A stretch of 63,154 bases of DNA, filler included, from Basidioascus undulatus (GCA_000826855.1; 3 parts of 3 records of this genome joined end to end with filler, not necessarily neighbours in it), one strand, 5' to 3'; numbered from the whole stretch's first letter, positions 12,079 through 25,151 are shown. The notes: generated by a model not told the origin, from the sequence alone. Program-made: numbers and translations.

Positions 12079-13128
12079 CTAGGGGAAACATCCATCCGCA
12101 AGCACATGAAAAGCAACGACGGCCGCTTTACTTTCCACATTTATATCCCAGGTACCAAGCGACGTTAACCGGAAGGGCAATTCCAGTATGCTCCAACATC
12201 TGTTGAAGGTGACCGATATCGTCGTTGCCCTCCGATGACCCTCCCGGCGTGACGAGGTCATCGAAACTAAGCGAGGCAGCTTGTCCTTCGAGAGTCCCGC
12301 GAAAAACTCGCAGAGGAACATATTCACAAGGAAATCATCTTTGACGGAAATCACCAGCTCCCTGAGCTCCGGGTGCGCCAAGTGGAACAATGAGCACCCT
12401 GGCTTACAGAAAGTTCGAAGAGGTCGAGGGTCTCGAGGCGCTGACAGCATCTTGTGAGGGCGTCGGAGGACACGTTTGCGTTGCCACGGGAATCGAGGGA
12501 AAGACTCTCGAGGATTTGACCGATGTTCTATGCAAAGGGCAGAAGAACGAAAGGCTACCATCCCGCTTTCAGATCAGACCTTGCCATACTTCATAACACT
12601 TTCACCAGCAGCTCGGCCGGCTTCCCCTTATTACCTCCTTTGTGCATCACTTCACACACCAACAGATATTTACATAAAATACGCTGTCAAAGTCCGTCCC
12701 TCCCCGGCGTGTGTTGCTGGGTACCCTCCTTAACCTCTCGCCGCAGTCCTGGAACAGCAAAGTACGCAGGTCGTGTAAGCAATCGAGTGGGGTGTACGGC
12801 AAAGGATTGTTCGACGGCCGACGTGCTTGTGAAATAATACTTCTCGAAATCTACCCTCCGTCACCGCATCCACCGCCGCGAGTCCTGCAGCGTTTTGCCA
12901 GACCGCGCAGACTGCGCTTGCGAGTGCGTGCATAGAGTAATCCGGAGTAACCTTTGTTGTAAATACTCTCGAAAATTTTTGTGATACGAATCGGTGTGCT
13001 ATGGTGCATTTCTTATCCTGGTTTCTGGAGTCAGCCTTTGCACCATTCACCGACTGCCCACTTCAAACAGCAAACAGAAGGCCACATCGTCGTTTCTTCA
13101 TTAATAATCTTACCCTCAATGGTTCTCC
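12079..13128 (-). pseudogene. Degenerate F-box/LRR-like gene relic (tentative)
   Basis: Broken ORFs in a lower-GC stretch. The leucine-periodic segment HPELRELVISVKDDFLVNMFLCEFFAGLSKDKLPRLVSMT resembles the relic at 60888-61301 (LNALHNNKLPSLLSIDF). Confidence 0.25.
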
Positions 13129-13502
13129 ATGCCGCTCTTCCTTGTCCCACACGAAGCTCTGCAGTCTCCAACCGGCCCCCTTACTTCATTCCGCCTTCCG
13201 CCTATGTATTGTAGGGCGCCAAGTGCGTTCCGCAAGTACACTGGCGCGCAGGAAACGGAGAAAACGGCGTCCGGCGTCAAGGAGGAAATGTCGTGCTGCG
13301 CGGCCGGTCTTTTACTCCGAAGTAGCCGCGGTGTTGTGCTTAAAAGCCAGCAGTCCCGGACGGGGCTCGGGCCCATTCCAACATCCCACATCCCACAACC
13401 ATCACCACTCTTGCCCGGGACGACCACCACTTTGTGCGCTTATAAGCTCTGTAGGGATTGAGTTGTTACACGCCAGCGCAGATATCGCCTGCGCTTAGCT
13501 AC

Positions 13503-13597
13503 CGAGTATATCTTCTACAATGATTGTGCGGCTGCGCGTCCGCAGGAGTTTGACCCTCTCGCGCGCAGACGCATAATCACAGTAGAAGATATACTCG
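13503..13597. repeat. Inverted repeat / hairpin core (36-bp stem, ~23-nt loop)
   Basis: CGAGTATATCTTCTAC (13503-13518) is the exact reverse complement of GTAGAAGATATACTCG (13582-13597). TGATTGTGCG pairs with CGCATAATCA (one G.U) and CTGCGCG pairs with CGCGCAG. Confidence 0.9.
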
Positions 13598-14596
13598 ATC
13601 GCGACGCGGCGCGTGACTTCGGCGCTGGCCTGATACAAGGTAACAGTGATCAAGGAGAGCAACAGGTGGATTGTGGGTGGGGTTGTGGAGGGGGGCGATA
13701 CCGACGGAGGGGCTGGAGGGGAAGGAGGGCAACACTGGCGGGAAGTAAACTTGCTCGATATCGTTATTTTACTTTCACGCGGCCGTGCTCAGAGAAATGC
13801 TGTTCTTGTGTTTGCTACGTTTGCTGTGCATGCGCCGCTCGCTACTCCAGCTGCTTGAGTCTGCAGACGGTGGCTGCGGTCCTCACAAGTGCTCAGTCAA
13901 AGCAGATGTTTCTATGGCATCCGCCGTGTTGAATATACCAAGTGATAATGACTGAATAAGGTAATCTGAGCATATTCCTATGCTGTCGGGAAAGCAGGTT
14001 GCCTGACAGCCGGTTTATGTGGCCCTCCTTGACGTTGCATTGTGCAGCACAGGCGTGGGGAACTTTCTTCGTGAGCTCGACTGGGGGTGCTATCAGATCT
14101 AAACTTTCGTTCTACGTTTCCTTTATTGCTGTAACATCGAAAAATATCTCTCTGGGGTTAAGTGTACGCTTGATTCAGTGGGACCTCTAAATGCCCGTAA
14201 ATTGCCAAACAATCTGTTCCTCGACCTCGGTCCCTGACTCTTCCGCCCGGCTCTCGCTCTCCCCACCATGTCCCCAGCATGCACGTCGTCCATTCCAGTG
14301 TCGACCATAGTCTTACCCACTCCATCAAAGGTTTTACTCATCTACGGCGAATCTCAAGCGTCGGATATTCATCCGCTGGCGTTTGGCTCTCTCACATGGG
14401 GGTCTCGGAGCCCGGACCGGACGGGGCCCCCTGCGCCTGCTCACCTGCTCACGCTGCGAACGCTCCCCCTGGCAAGCGATCGCTGGGAGGGCTTGGCCAT
14501 GGATTATTGCATCTTCCGAATCTGCTCACTCTTGTTCTTTGATCTTGACCATCACAACCCATCGAGCCCACTCACTCACACTCACTCAAGTCCGTG

Positions 14597-17500
14597 ATGG
14601 ACCACACATCGCCGCCGCTCCTCGATCCCCTCTCCCTGTCGCAAACCCATCAACATCCATACCAGCCCCGACACCCGTTCTCGGTCCCCCTTGTTTCTGG
14701 TGCTCCTGCTCCAGCGGAAGCACAGATGGATGACCCCTTCCCGCGCCCGCGCAGCCGCAGCGCGGGTGCGAGCGAGGAGGAGGAGGACGATAAGGGCATG
14801 GGCGTAGAGGAAGGGGAGGGGGCGCCGAAACGTAAGGGGAGTACGAGTGCAGGAGGGGGAGGGGGAGGTGGTGGAGCAGGGAAGAAGAGGCAGAGGCCTT
14901 TGCTGAGCTGCGCTGGTGCGTCTGAGTCTCACCTTTCTTTCTCGGTCTAGAGGCGAGGGACTGACGTGCGGAAGTGGATTCAAGAATGCCGGCGCCTTAA
15001 GCTGAAGTGTGATCGTGTCTGGCCGTGCGCGAGTTGCAAGAAGCGCGGGTGCGCAGCGATCTGTCCCTCGGGCGTGCTGAAAGGAGGGAAAGGCTCTCGG
15101 TGTGTCCCGCCTCTCTTCCCTCTATCTCATGCATCTCACCCCTCCCCTCCCCTCCCCAGTCTCGCCCTGGTAGCCAACACCGAAGCGCTCCTCACACGGA
15201 TAACGCAGCTCGAGTCCGCCCTCCGCGCCGCCGCGCTCCCCGTCCCCGCGCCCACCGTCCCGCTCATTCCGAGCGTGTCCGCCGCGTTCCAGAGCCCCCC
15301 TGCGCTGAGCGCCTCGGAGGAGGAAGGCGAGGATGAGGAGGATGTTTGGAGGAGCTTTGGGATGCTTACGCTTGGGGAAGGCGGGCGCGCTAAGTATGTC
15401 GGCCCGAGCGCGGGGAGCGAGTGGCTGCAGGAGGTCGGTCAGACAAACCCTTCTTTCTCTCTTGCCGAGTCTGGCTGATCCGCATCCCGATCTGGTACAG
15501 AGCGACGAGCATGAGCTCGGCACATCTACGCCCTTCCAACCTGCGGGCCCATCCCCATCCTCCCACCCAGTCTCCACCACCACCGCCACCTCGCTCCCTC
15601 CGCCCTCCTCGCACCTCCCCACGCACCCGCCAACACCCGCCCCAGCGCCCACCGTCTTCCCCTTCTGCAGCAGCACATACTCCCACCCTGCGCTCATGCA
15701 GATGCTGCTCTCGCAGCTCCCGCCCGAGGACGAGGCGCGCGTGCTCGCGGACTCCTATTTCCGACATCAAGCGTGGATGTGCGTTACCGCCTCGCTATCC
15801 CTCCCCTCTACTCCCTTCCCCTACCCTCTGAACCCTGCTGACTTGCCCCCCAGGTACGACATCGTCCCCCGCCAAACCTTTTTCCAAGACTTCTCGATGT
15901 TCTACTCCTCCTCCTCCTCGCCGCCCCCCTCCCCTCCGCACCCGCACAAGCTCGCCCTCCTCTTCATGGTCCTCGCCCTAGGAACGCTCTTCAACCTCGA
16001 GCTCCCGCCGTACGACGCGGGCTCGCACCGGTTCTACGCGCTCGCGCGCGCGGCGCTCGCGGGCAGCGGGTTCCTCGTCAATAATACTGTCGCGAGCGTG
16101 CAGACTATGGCGAGTCACTCCTATATGCCGACCTTGCAGGGCATGCGAACTGATTGGTGGGCTCGGAAGTGCAGCATATGATGGGCAGCTACCTTCTGTG
16201 CGTCTTCCTCGTCTTCCTCTTCCCATCTACGTCCACTCGCTCAACTTCGGGCTGCCCACAGAAACTCCCAGCGCGTAACAGGTGGCGACTCGTTCTGGCC
16301 GCTGCTCGGCATGTCGATGCGAATCATCCAAGCTGTCCGCATCTCATTCCCTCTCTTCTTTGGGCACACCGTGCTGATGTGGGCGCGGAGCAGATGGGCC
16401 TGCACCGCGATGGAGCAAGGTGGGGGCTGCAGGCGGACGAGCTGGACGAGCGGCGGTGTGTCGTTGAGTTGCACGTGAGGGCGACATGCAGTGGGGAAAG
16501 AATCGCTCATGCCTGCGGATGGGGAAACAGACGAGTCTTTTGGGAGTCGCACTCGATCGACTGCTTCCAGGTGCGCCGGTCCCCTCCCCACACTGCCTTC
16601 TCGTACCGGCTTTCACCGCAACTCAACCTCCGGGCGCAGTCAATCTGCTTCGGTCGCCCGTCCGTCCCTTCCTCCCTCCTCCATCTTCCCCACGCCCTTA
16701 ACATCCTCCCATTCGCCGTGACAGCTACTCGATCCACCCGCGGCACTATGACTGCGAGTTCCCGCACGACGACGAGCACCCGGCGGACGAGCAGGACGGC
16801 GTGGGGTTCCACACGCTCAAGTTCCGCTTCACGCACGTCACAGCGCGCATCATCGACGAGGTCTTTGGCGTGCACCCGCCGGCGTACGAGACGGTTGTTC
16901 GGCTCGATCGGGAGATGTGCGTCCTGCCCTTCCTCTCGTTGTCCTTTACTTCCTCGTTACGACCCTTTGGGGGGATTATTCAGTCGCGACTTCGAGCGCA
17001 ACCTTCCCTCCTTCATCCGCTGCCGCGCCGCGTCGCTCGTCCTCCACTCGCGCCACCCGGAGGAAGGGCACGACCCCTCGCTTCCCGCGCCCGAAGTGCG
17101 GCGGGGCAACTTGCGGCTCACGTTCCAGGTGCGATCGCCAACCTTTGCCCCCTACTCACTCACTTTCCTTTCATTACTGCTCTCGCCCGACAGCCCTCTG
17201 ATCATTCTGGGGGCACGATTGGCGCTCGCAGCAACACACCCTCGCGGTCATCATGAACGAAACGGTGCTTTTCCTCCAGCGCCGGTACTTTGCCCGGGCG
17301 CTCAAGGACCACCCGGCCGATCCGCTGCGCAGCAAGTTCGCCCAGTCGTTCATTGCGATCTCGGAGTGCTGCAAGGTGCCTCGTCGCTCCAGTTGAGGAA
17401 GGATGCGGAGCGAAAGTGCTGACCGGCGGGCGAAAACAGGTCCTCATCAGCGTCGTTAAGTCCATCCACTCCCTGTACCCCGCGCTGTCGCTCAGGCACT

Positions 17501-18886
17501 GGTACTTCTGGGTGCGTCATTTCACCTCATCGATGGTGTCTCGTCTGGACAACTGCCGACATTCCCCCCGCGGACAGTACCACGCCTTCTCCGCCGCCGT
17601 CTGCATGGCGACATCCGTCATCCTCTCCCCCGGCTCGACGATGGCTGCCTCCGCCTGGGACGACCTCTCGACCGCGTGCGAGCTCTTTGCGTCCGCACCA
17701 CCCGGCTCGCGCGCACGCTCCGGCCTGCCCGTCCTTCTCAAGCTCCGCCAACGCGCGCAGGAACGGCTCGACGCGCACCGCCAGGGCGTCTCTCCCATGG
17801 CATCTTCGCCTGGCACGTCGTCTGCCGCGACGGGAACCAGCGCGGGTGCCGACGCGGCGGCGGCGGACGAGGAGGACGAGGAGTATATGACTATGCTGGG
17901 CGTGTCGACGCGGCTTGTGAGCAAGAAGAAGGACCGCGACTTGCGCGCGTCGCCCGGGGCCGTCTCGATCGACTATCAGCGCTCGTCGTCCGCTTCGTCT
18001 CACCAGACGCAGGCGCAGCCGAGCCCGACCACTCAGCAGCAGCCGGCGCAGCAGCAGCAGCAGCAGCACAAGATCGCGCGCCTCCCCTCGCGCGGACGTA
18101 AAAAGTCTGCCTCGACCTCAAAGCAGCCGCCGCCGCCGCCCGCGCCGCCACCGGGACAGCATCCGACGCCGACTGCGACGAACTTGCCAGCGTCGACGAT
18201 GTCAGTGAGCGGAGGCGGAGGCGGAGCGAGCACGCTCTCGCCATCGTTCTACCCGGCGGGCATGCTGCTCCCTGCTGCGGGCGCGCCGCCCGTTCAGATG
18301 GCGTTCCACCACCCATCCTCGATGCACGCGCCGCTGTACTATGGCGCGGGCGGAGAACCCCCCGCTGCCCAGCCACAGTCGGAATTCCAGCAGGACCCGA
18401 TCCTCGACGCACTGCTGCGCCAGACGCAGGGGTACTCGCTCCCCCAGCATCAGCAGCGACCGCACCAGCAGCACCAGCAGCACCAGCAGCACCAGCAGCA
18501 GGAGATGGTGGGTGGTGAATACGCGGGGTCGTACGCCTTCGATCCTTCGACGATCGACCTCGACGCGCTCGTGCAGTCGGTGCGTCATTCCGTCCCTCCT
18601 TTCGCTTTTCTCCTTCGCACTGTCCCGACCAGAATGAGCTCACACCTCGGCTTGCCTCCTTCTTTGTTCGACTTAGGGTGGACTCTGGCCCTCGATCGGG
18701 ATGACGGGCGGACCAGACCAGACGTCCGGCACGTCCGCGGGCGGAGTGCCTGGGACTGGCGGCGCCGGCGTCGGCGAGCCTGCTGTGGTCTGGGCAAGCC
18801 TCGTCGAGTCGCTGGGGCTAAGTCCGAGCGCTGCAGGCACGTCCGCGCCTGCGTCGTGCTCGGGAAACGGCGGCGGCAGCGGCTGA
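14597..18886 (+). CDS. Zn(II)2Cys6 fungal transcription factor with middle homology (fungal-specific TF) domain, many exons
   Basis: RQRPLLSCA|ECRRLKLKCDRVWPCASCKKRGCAAICP zinc cluster; FGMLTLGEGGRAKYVGPSAGSEWL; HKLALLFMVLALG; MGLHRDGARWGL...RRRVFWE; Q-rich C-terminal region; last exon ends at TGA 18886. Confidence 0.92.
18033..18069 (+). repeat. CAG-rich (polyQ) coding microsatellite; a second (CAGCACCAG)n tract lies at ~18460-18500
   Basis: cagcagcagccggcgcagcagcagcagcagcagcac encodes QQQPAQQQQQQH; the second tract encodes HQQHQQHQQHQQQ. Confidence 0.8.
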
Positions 18887-19388
18887 GTCTGAGGGTTGAA
18901 CTATTTTGGATTGAAACGAGATTTATAGACTTATTCTTCTTTTGGGTGTTTTTTATGCATGCTGCGAAACTTCATACGCGCATGGATGCGGCCATAATGG
19001 CTTCTTGAAGACGTGAGGGTCAAACTGCAAGAGCGTTTCGAATACCCTCGTTCAAGCAGACTGGCAAGGTGCGCGGGGCCGGGAGTACGGTATGCGGGAT
19101 GCGCCGAAGGAATGCGGGCTGCTTTCAAGCCTGCGGGGAAACAACACCAGCCGGCCTTCGTGAAGGCTACAAACCCCGTCCCTGCTTGCTCGAGTGATGT
19201 GTATCACAAAGGCCAAGTGGAATAAGACCATACTTGGCAGGCCACGAAACGGTTGAATCTGGTGAAGTCTAAAAATGAAAATCGCTTTGCATCCTCTGCG
19301 GCCTTGCAAATTTGAGCAAGCGACTCGACCAAACCCCTTTGCGCTTTGTTCTACTTCTTTCGTATAGTCTGGTTAAACTCATGCAAGC

Positions 19389-20338
19389 TTACTTTGTATA
19401 CACCTTCCCCGCGTCGCAAGCGCCGACTGTCCGCGTCGCTCCGTCCCTGCCTTGAGCTTGTCCCATCCAAGCAGGGAACACCAAATCTCACCGTGCCCGT
19501 TGTCGAGCGCGCGCTGCACGCGCTCTTGGTGGTCCTCGCTGCGAAGTGATAGCAGTAAGACGACTTCGTTTCGATGCAGTGGGAAAGCAGGGGACGCAAC
19601 TCAGCTCGGAGAAGCCTTCGATGAACGCGGGCCCGGCGGCGCCGCACTCGGAGACAATGCTCTGTTCATTTCAATCTTCATGAGTGCTCAAGGTCAAAGG
19701 GCGTGCGTTTAAAAGCGATAGAAGCGCACCTGGATCTGCCTCTCCGTCACGCAGCCCTTTCCGTTTCCGCTTCAGCCGACACCCCCGCCGCGCAAACAAA
19801 CAGACGCACCCAGTGGCGCCAGAAGACCTATCGTCCCACCCCAAAATAAGATTTCAGCACAGTCCGAATATGAGGTCTGTCATCGCGAGGAGAGTTGACC
19901 CACCCTCTCGAAGCTCTCCTGCTCGCAGCTCGCCCTTCGCGATAGGCGTTCCCTTCGCCAGTCGCCCATCTCAGCTCAGGCGGTCTATACAAGCAAACTA
20001 AAGAATATACCTTGCACGGCTCCGGACCTATACCCTCCAAATTCCCGTCACCACCGCCTCCCTTCCCACCACGGACGCAAGACAGAAACGCAGCTGCGCA
20101 CCCGTGCAGCCCTGTCCTCCCACCCGTCAGCCTTCCTTGAAACCACCTCCTACCAGAGAACAGGAGATACACTCCTCCTCGAGTGAGACTCCCGAGGATG
20201 TCTGTCCCCCCAACTCAGCAGGGCCCCAAGCAGGGAAGGGCGGGTTGAGAAGGGCGGGGCACACGCACAGGTCGAGCTCGGCGCCGCGTCCCAGGGGCTG
20301 GTGAGGCTGAGGTCGGCGGCGTGGCGGGAGGGGTTCAT
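19389..20338 (-). CDS. Small PARP-type zinc-finger (zf-PARP) protein split into micro-exons; possibly a pseudogene
   Basis: Minus-strand exons flanked mostly by GT/AG read GCTG|PEPCK|GTPIAKGELR..|VFWRHW|GCVTERQIQ|SIVSECGAAGPAFIEGFSELS|EDHQERVQRALDNGH|VGACDAGKVYTK*. This fits the fungal zf-PARP pattern C-x5-C...IxKGELR...WRHWGCVT...GF..L..EDQ.KV..A...GHV. The 5' end and two junctions are not cleanly resolvable. Confidence 0.7.
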
Positions 20339-21006
20339 TGTACTTAGGAGATGGAGAGGCTTTTGTTTCTTTTGGTGAATGGGCTTGGGGATGGGCGTGG
20401 TGTGGCAGTGGTGGCGAACGCGACGGCGGTGGGAGGACAAGAAACGCGGCGAGGCACCCATCCTCGAGGCCCGTCTTGCCTGCTGGCCGGACTGAACGAT
20501 TACTGCGCCGGAGAAAATTGTGCTGCCCAGCTGCACGTTCGAAGTCCGAGGAGTCCAGCTTACCCGCACTCTGTTCTGCCTGGAAGGAAAAAAGAACATA
20601 TGATATCTCGCACACGAGCGACCCTCAGCCCCTGCGACAGTCACAGCGCCGTTCGAGACTTCGTTCGCACCCTCTACCTACCAGTATGCCCTTACCCAGC
20701 AGTCCGACCTTCCGGCATGCCCATATCCCGGCATCCCTGTCCTTCCCTATCCCGAGCACCCCAGCTCGCGGGCGCCCACCTCGTTACCATCTAGCGTTCC
20801 CACCCCTCTCAACGCACAGTCTGCAGCCTCCGCTCCCACACGCCAACCAACTTGCAAGGGTATCACCCATCGTGGTATTTCCGTCTCCTCCTCCGCTTCT
20901 TGTCCTCTTGCCCCACACCATTACCCGCATCTGCGCCTTCCCCAACTCCCGCACCCGCACCCGCATCCATCCCCATTCTCCACCACCTCTCCCTTCTCCT
21001 CCGCCT

Positions 21007-21106
21007 NNNNNNNNNNNNNNNNNNNNNNNNNNNNNNNNNNNNNNNNNNNNTTAATTAATTAANNNNNNNNNNNNNNNNNNNNNNNNNNNNNNNNNNNNNN
21101 NNNNNN
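21007..21106. other. Artificial contig spacer (N44-TTAATTAATTAA-N44)
   Basis: Exactly 100 nt with a six-frame stop linker; an identical copy is at 42081-42180. Confidence 0.97.
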
Positions 21107-24100
21107 CGAGCGCCGTGCACTGCAAGACTTTTGTAGAGAAGGAGAAGTTTTCAGTTGGCTTACGAGATTGACGGTAGGTATGGCACTGACCATGGCGGAA
21201 CCGCTTCAAGTCGAACCACACTTCGACCCCATCCATGTGCACCTGTGAGAGCCCAGAGTTGCCACGATCATCAGATTTGTAGAAGATTATTGATGTGGGA
21301 ATTCCACTGGAAATTTATCGTCAGTACGGATCTGGGATACCGACGCTTAAAACGGTCGGATGAGGCAAGCAATGCCGCGGAATGTGCGATTGCCTCGTTT
21401 GTGGGCGGAAGCGGCTGTATAAGACATCCGACAGAGGTAAATGAAGCGAAGACCTTCCATGTCTGAACAGATAAAGGAACAAAGCACAGTGAGGAGGTGG
21501 TTTAAAACGCAGCGCCACGCGTTATGCATCGTCAGGCCCATCCCTCGAAGCTTGCGTCCAGCTCATCCGTCCGCACCAGAAAACCCTCGTCTGGTGATTA
21601 ACGGATCGGTCATTTCAGGCTCGCACGCTCTTTCCTTCCTTCACCCTCCCGCCTCCCACCCTACCGAACTTTCTCAGTCAACCTCGACCTTCACGACCGA
21701 CTGGGGGAACGATACTGGTAGAGACTTTGTACGACTTAAGGGAGGCTTTTTTCGAGCCTGCCGTTTATGCGTACCCCGTTTACGCACCGGTCTACTTGGC
21801 GTTGAGGTCCTTGGCTTCTTCACATGTCGACGCGGATCCTTTCGCCATCGTCAATACCGGACTGCACGGACCTCATGTCTCGTCTTCTCTCGCCGGACAT
21901 CCCCCTTCTTTGGATGAAACGGCGAAAATCAAGGAGTCTACGGAGGTTTGTACAGCCACATTTGCAGACTTCTTCTTGATGTCGCTGACAAGCTTGGACA
22001 TCAGACGATGCCCGAAATTCAGACCTTTGGTCCTAGATCGATCGCGGAGAGGGGTGGTATGGGAACGGCTTCTTTGGGCGGAGTGGCGGCGGGAGCCGTG
22101 GCGTCAACGAACACCTGTTTCCGTATGCAAAAGAGGTGGACGTAGTGCTGAGCTGCCTTTCGGCGGATCAGTCCGAAGTCACGCCTCCACGCTCGATGTT
22201 TCGCTGGGGAGTTGAGGCCTGCAATGGTCTCTTTCGCACGAAAGGGTACTGAAGACGCCCTTTGCCTCACAGACGAGCTGGGCTGGTGGCTATGGCTGCA
22301 AGATGTCCAATGTCCTGCGCGAACGACTGTATAACCGCACGGACGCGACCGGCGTCGACTGGACGTCGAGCGCAATACGTACGCTTCATGGGCCGAGTCG
22401 CTGCCGGAACGCGGAAACGGGCGCGGTGGAGACGAAGGAGTTCGGCGAGTATTTGGAAACTCTCTGAGAGTTTAATTGCTTTCGTCTTCTCACACAAGCT
22501 GCCAGCGATTACATTCGCCACCTGCAGACAAAGACCTACAACCCCCCGTTGCCGGTCTGGATGAGCGAGCTGCGTCAGGCTCGACTGCGCGCCGCTCAAG
22601 CCAACCTAAGCACTCGTCGACTGCAGCATGTTACTCAGCCGCCCCCTCCGCTGCCCCCGCCCCTGAAAACCCCCTCGTCGCGAGCTGCCCCGGCGTGAGA
22701 CCCATGCGCACGGCTACCTCCTCTTCAGCCCGCTCGCGCCTTCCTCCGAATCAGCAATGCGCGCCGCCCCCACCGCTACCACGGCAACCCGCTCTGCCCG
22801 CGCTGCTCGATCACGAGGGCGCGGACGCCCTTCTTAGGCTCGGGTGCAAAGCGGCATGCGCGCTGACGGACGGCGATGCGAGGCGGCTAGGACCGGAAGA
22901 AGGACGAGTTCAAGAAGATATTCCAGAACCACGGTCTGCGAGCACCGCACTGCAGCGGCGTGTTAACGCAGCGCAGAGCGAGTTCGGATGGGTGCGTGGC
23001 AGACCTCCCGCCGTTTCTTTTTATTCAATTCTAGTGACGGGCTGTCTTGCGCAGAACGAGATCGCAAGGACTGCCAGCGTGAGGGAATGGACGCTGCCTC
23101 TCGCCTGCGGGCTGCGTCGTCATCGCAGTCTCGACGCTAGGCGAGAAGATCAGACGCTCATGCACCTCGTTTACATTCTTCTGTCTTCTATACGTTTTCC
23201 TCAATACTTTCCCGCCCCGTGTTATTTGCGCCGCACCCCCACTTGCATAGAAGCATTGTACCCGTGTTTGCATCATACCCTGCATAACATTCCCCGCTCA
23301 TGGAAACGCTACTCAGACCTGTCGAAAACAGACTCGTTTTACAGATTATAGGCTGCTATGTATTGTCCATGCTCATATTGAGGGGAGATTTGCCCCAGTG
23401 ATGTGCCTGACGCCCGTAGTCTAATCCTCGTGAGGCAACGAGATGGCTCGGGCTTTGAAGCGTGGACTTCTTTTATTGCAGGCCATTGAGATTCTTGAAT
23501 TAGTTTTCAAGAAACCACATTAGAACGTTGGCAACGCTGCCGCCTGGTAACCCAATGCACACCCGCTGTCGCACTTACAACCCAGTACTTCCGACCTCAC
23601 CACAGCCTCTGGAGACGTCGAAAGCTGCAATACACAGACGTAAATACCCATATCCAATCCTGATTCTACCAGTATGATTCCGTTCCTGACAGGGACGAAG
23701 CGCTTGGACACTCCAAGCTTGGCACATAAAGAAGGCGCCAGCATGGAAAGCCTGTACTCCACCGTTCACAAACTATTAAAAATAACGTTGGTAAGCTGCC
23801 GAAGTGGTCCTCATCGTCCTGAGTCGACTCAGATATAATGGTCTTCCCAAAAAAACCGCTCGTCAGTGGCACTTGCGGCTATGGAAATGTTCCCTAGGTC
23901 CAGGGAAAATGCGCTGGCTCGTCTGTACATGTGTGTTTAGGTACCGCCACGAGCTGGCCTTCACTTGCCAGACCTGCATGTGCTTCCTCAAGTCTCTTGC
24001 AGTATGAACATGATTTGAGCTGTTACTGTGTCGAGTACGTTGGGCCGACTAGGCCAACTTCAGGACGTGGCAAGGCTCCATCCAGCCACTCCGACCTTCG

Positions 24101-25151
24101 AGCGCCAGCAGACGTTTATCCAGCTAACCATGTAGCTTGCGGTATTAGACTGAAGGCATTCCTTATATCATTCCGACTTTGCAGGCTTGTCCAAGATTGC
24201 GAAACAGTTGGAACACGTCGAAGGATGGGGAAGAGGCCTCCTGTGGATGAGCATCAGGGAGGGCGGTTTCGTGTTCGTATTGTGACCTTACAACTTGATC
24301 AACCGGCGGCCTCTTGAAACAATTGCTGAGTGAGGCACTCCGTCACTGCCATGCTGTGCCGTACGGCTCGCTGAGCGCTCGGCCGCCTTCAATTCACTCG
24401 CTCGCTGCCTCAGAAACAGCGAGGCATGTCGGATCATCCTCGAGCTCGCTGCTCTCCAGTACGACTCCAGAACATCGCTAGAAGTGATGGAATATAGTTC
24501 TTTTTCGCCAAAAATGCTGTCCGAGCCATATCAATACTCAACCACGCATGTGGACTGCGTGGGCTTGCGTGGGCGGTTGCATCGGCGACTCTTGCTGCGG
24601 CGGGCGATCGAGGACGTCAAAGAGGGTCCCGAGGCTGTACCTGTGTAATACGATTCCTATGATCCCGAAGAGGGTCGGTCCAGACGCAGCATGATCCCGA
24701 CGAAACCATTGCCGGCGGAGTGTAAAAGACTAGCAAAAAACTAGCTGGTTTAGAATGCGCTAAGTAGGCCACCCTTCAGCTGTCAAGTCTTGGTAGAGTC
24801 GAGCCCTTCAGGCTTCAGGCGCGCTTCTTCTCTCACCCTCGCCTCGCCTTGCTCGTCTTCGCCGCCGCCTGCGCCCTCGCTTTTTCTTGTTTTCCGTGGC
24901 GCTGTACGTCTACGCCTTTGGAATGCACTTCCATACAATCACGGGGCATATTCGGACCCCGGAGGCTCATCAGCGTGGCTGGCGGCCGTTCCTTGGGCAG
25001 ATTTACCACACACGCCGCTCTGTCGCGTTCTCGCTCGCCGACGCGTTCGCCGCCGCCTGCAGACGAATTCGCCGGTACGAATGCGCCGCACGAGGCGCCC
25101 AGTGGCAAGCTGTCGTCCTCCACCGCTCCCGCACCGCCTCTGAGGAGCAGG

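Noticed and set aside
21051..21062. TTAATTAATTAA palindrome (PacI-like or piggyBac TTAA site)
   Set aside because: Centred in N runs and repeated identically at 42125-42136; it is an artificial linker.
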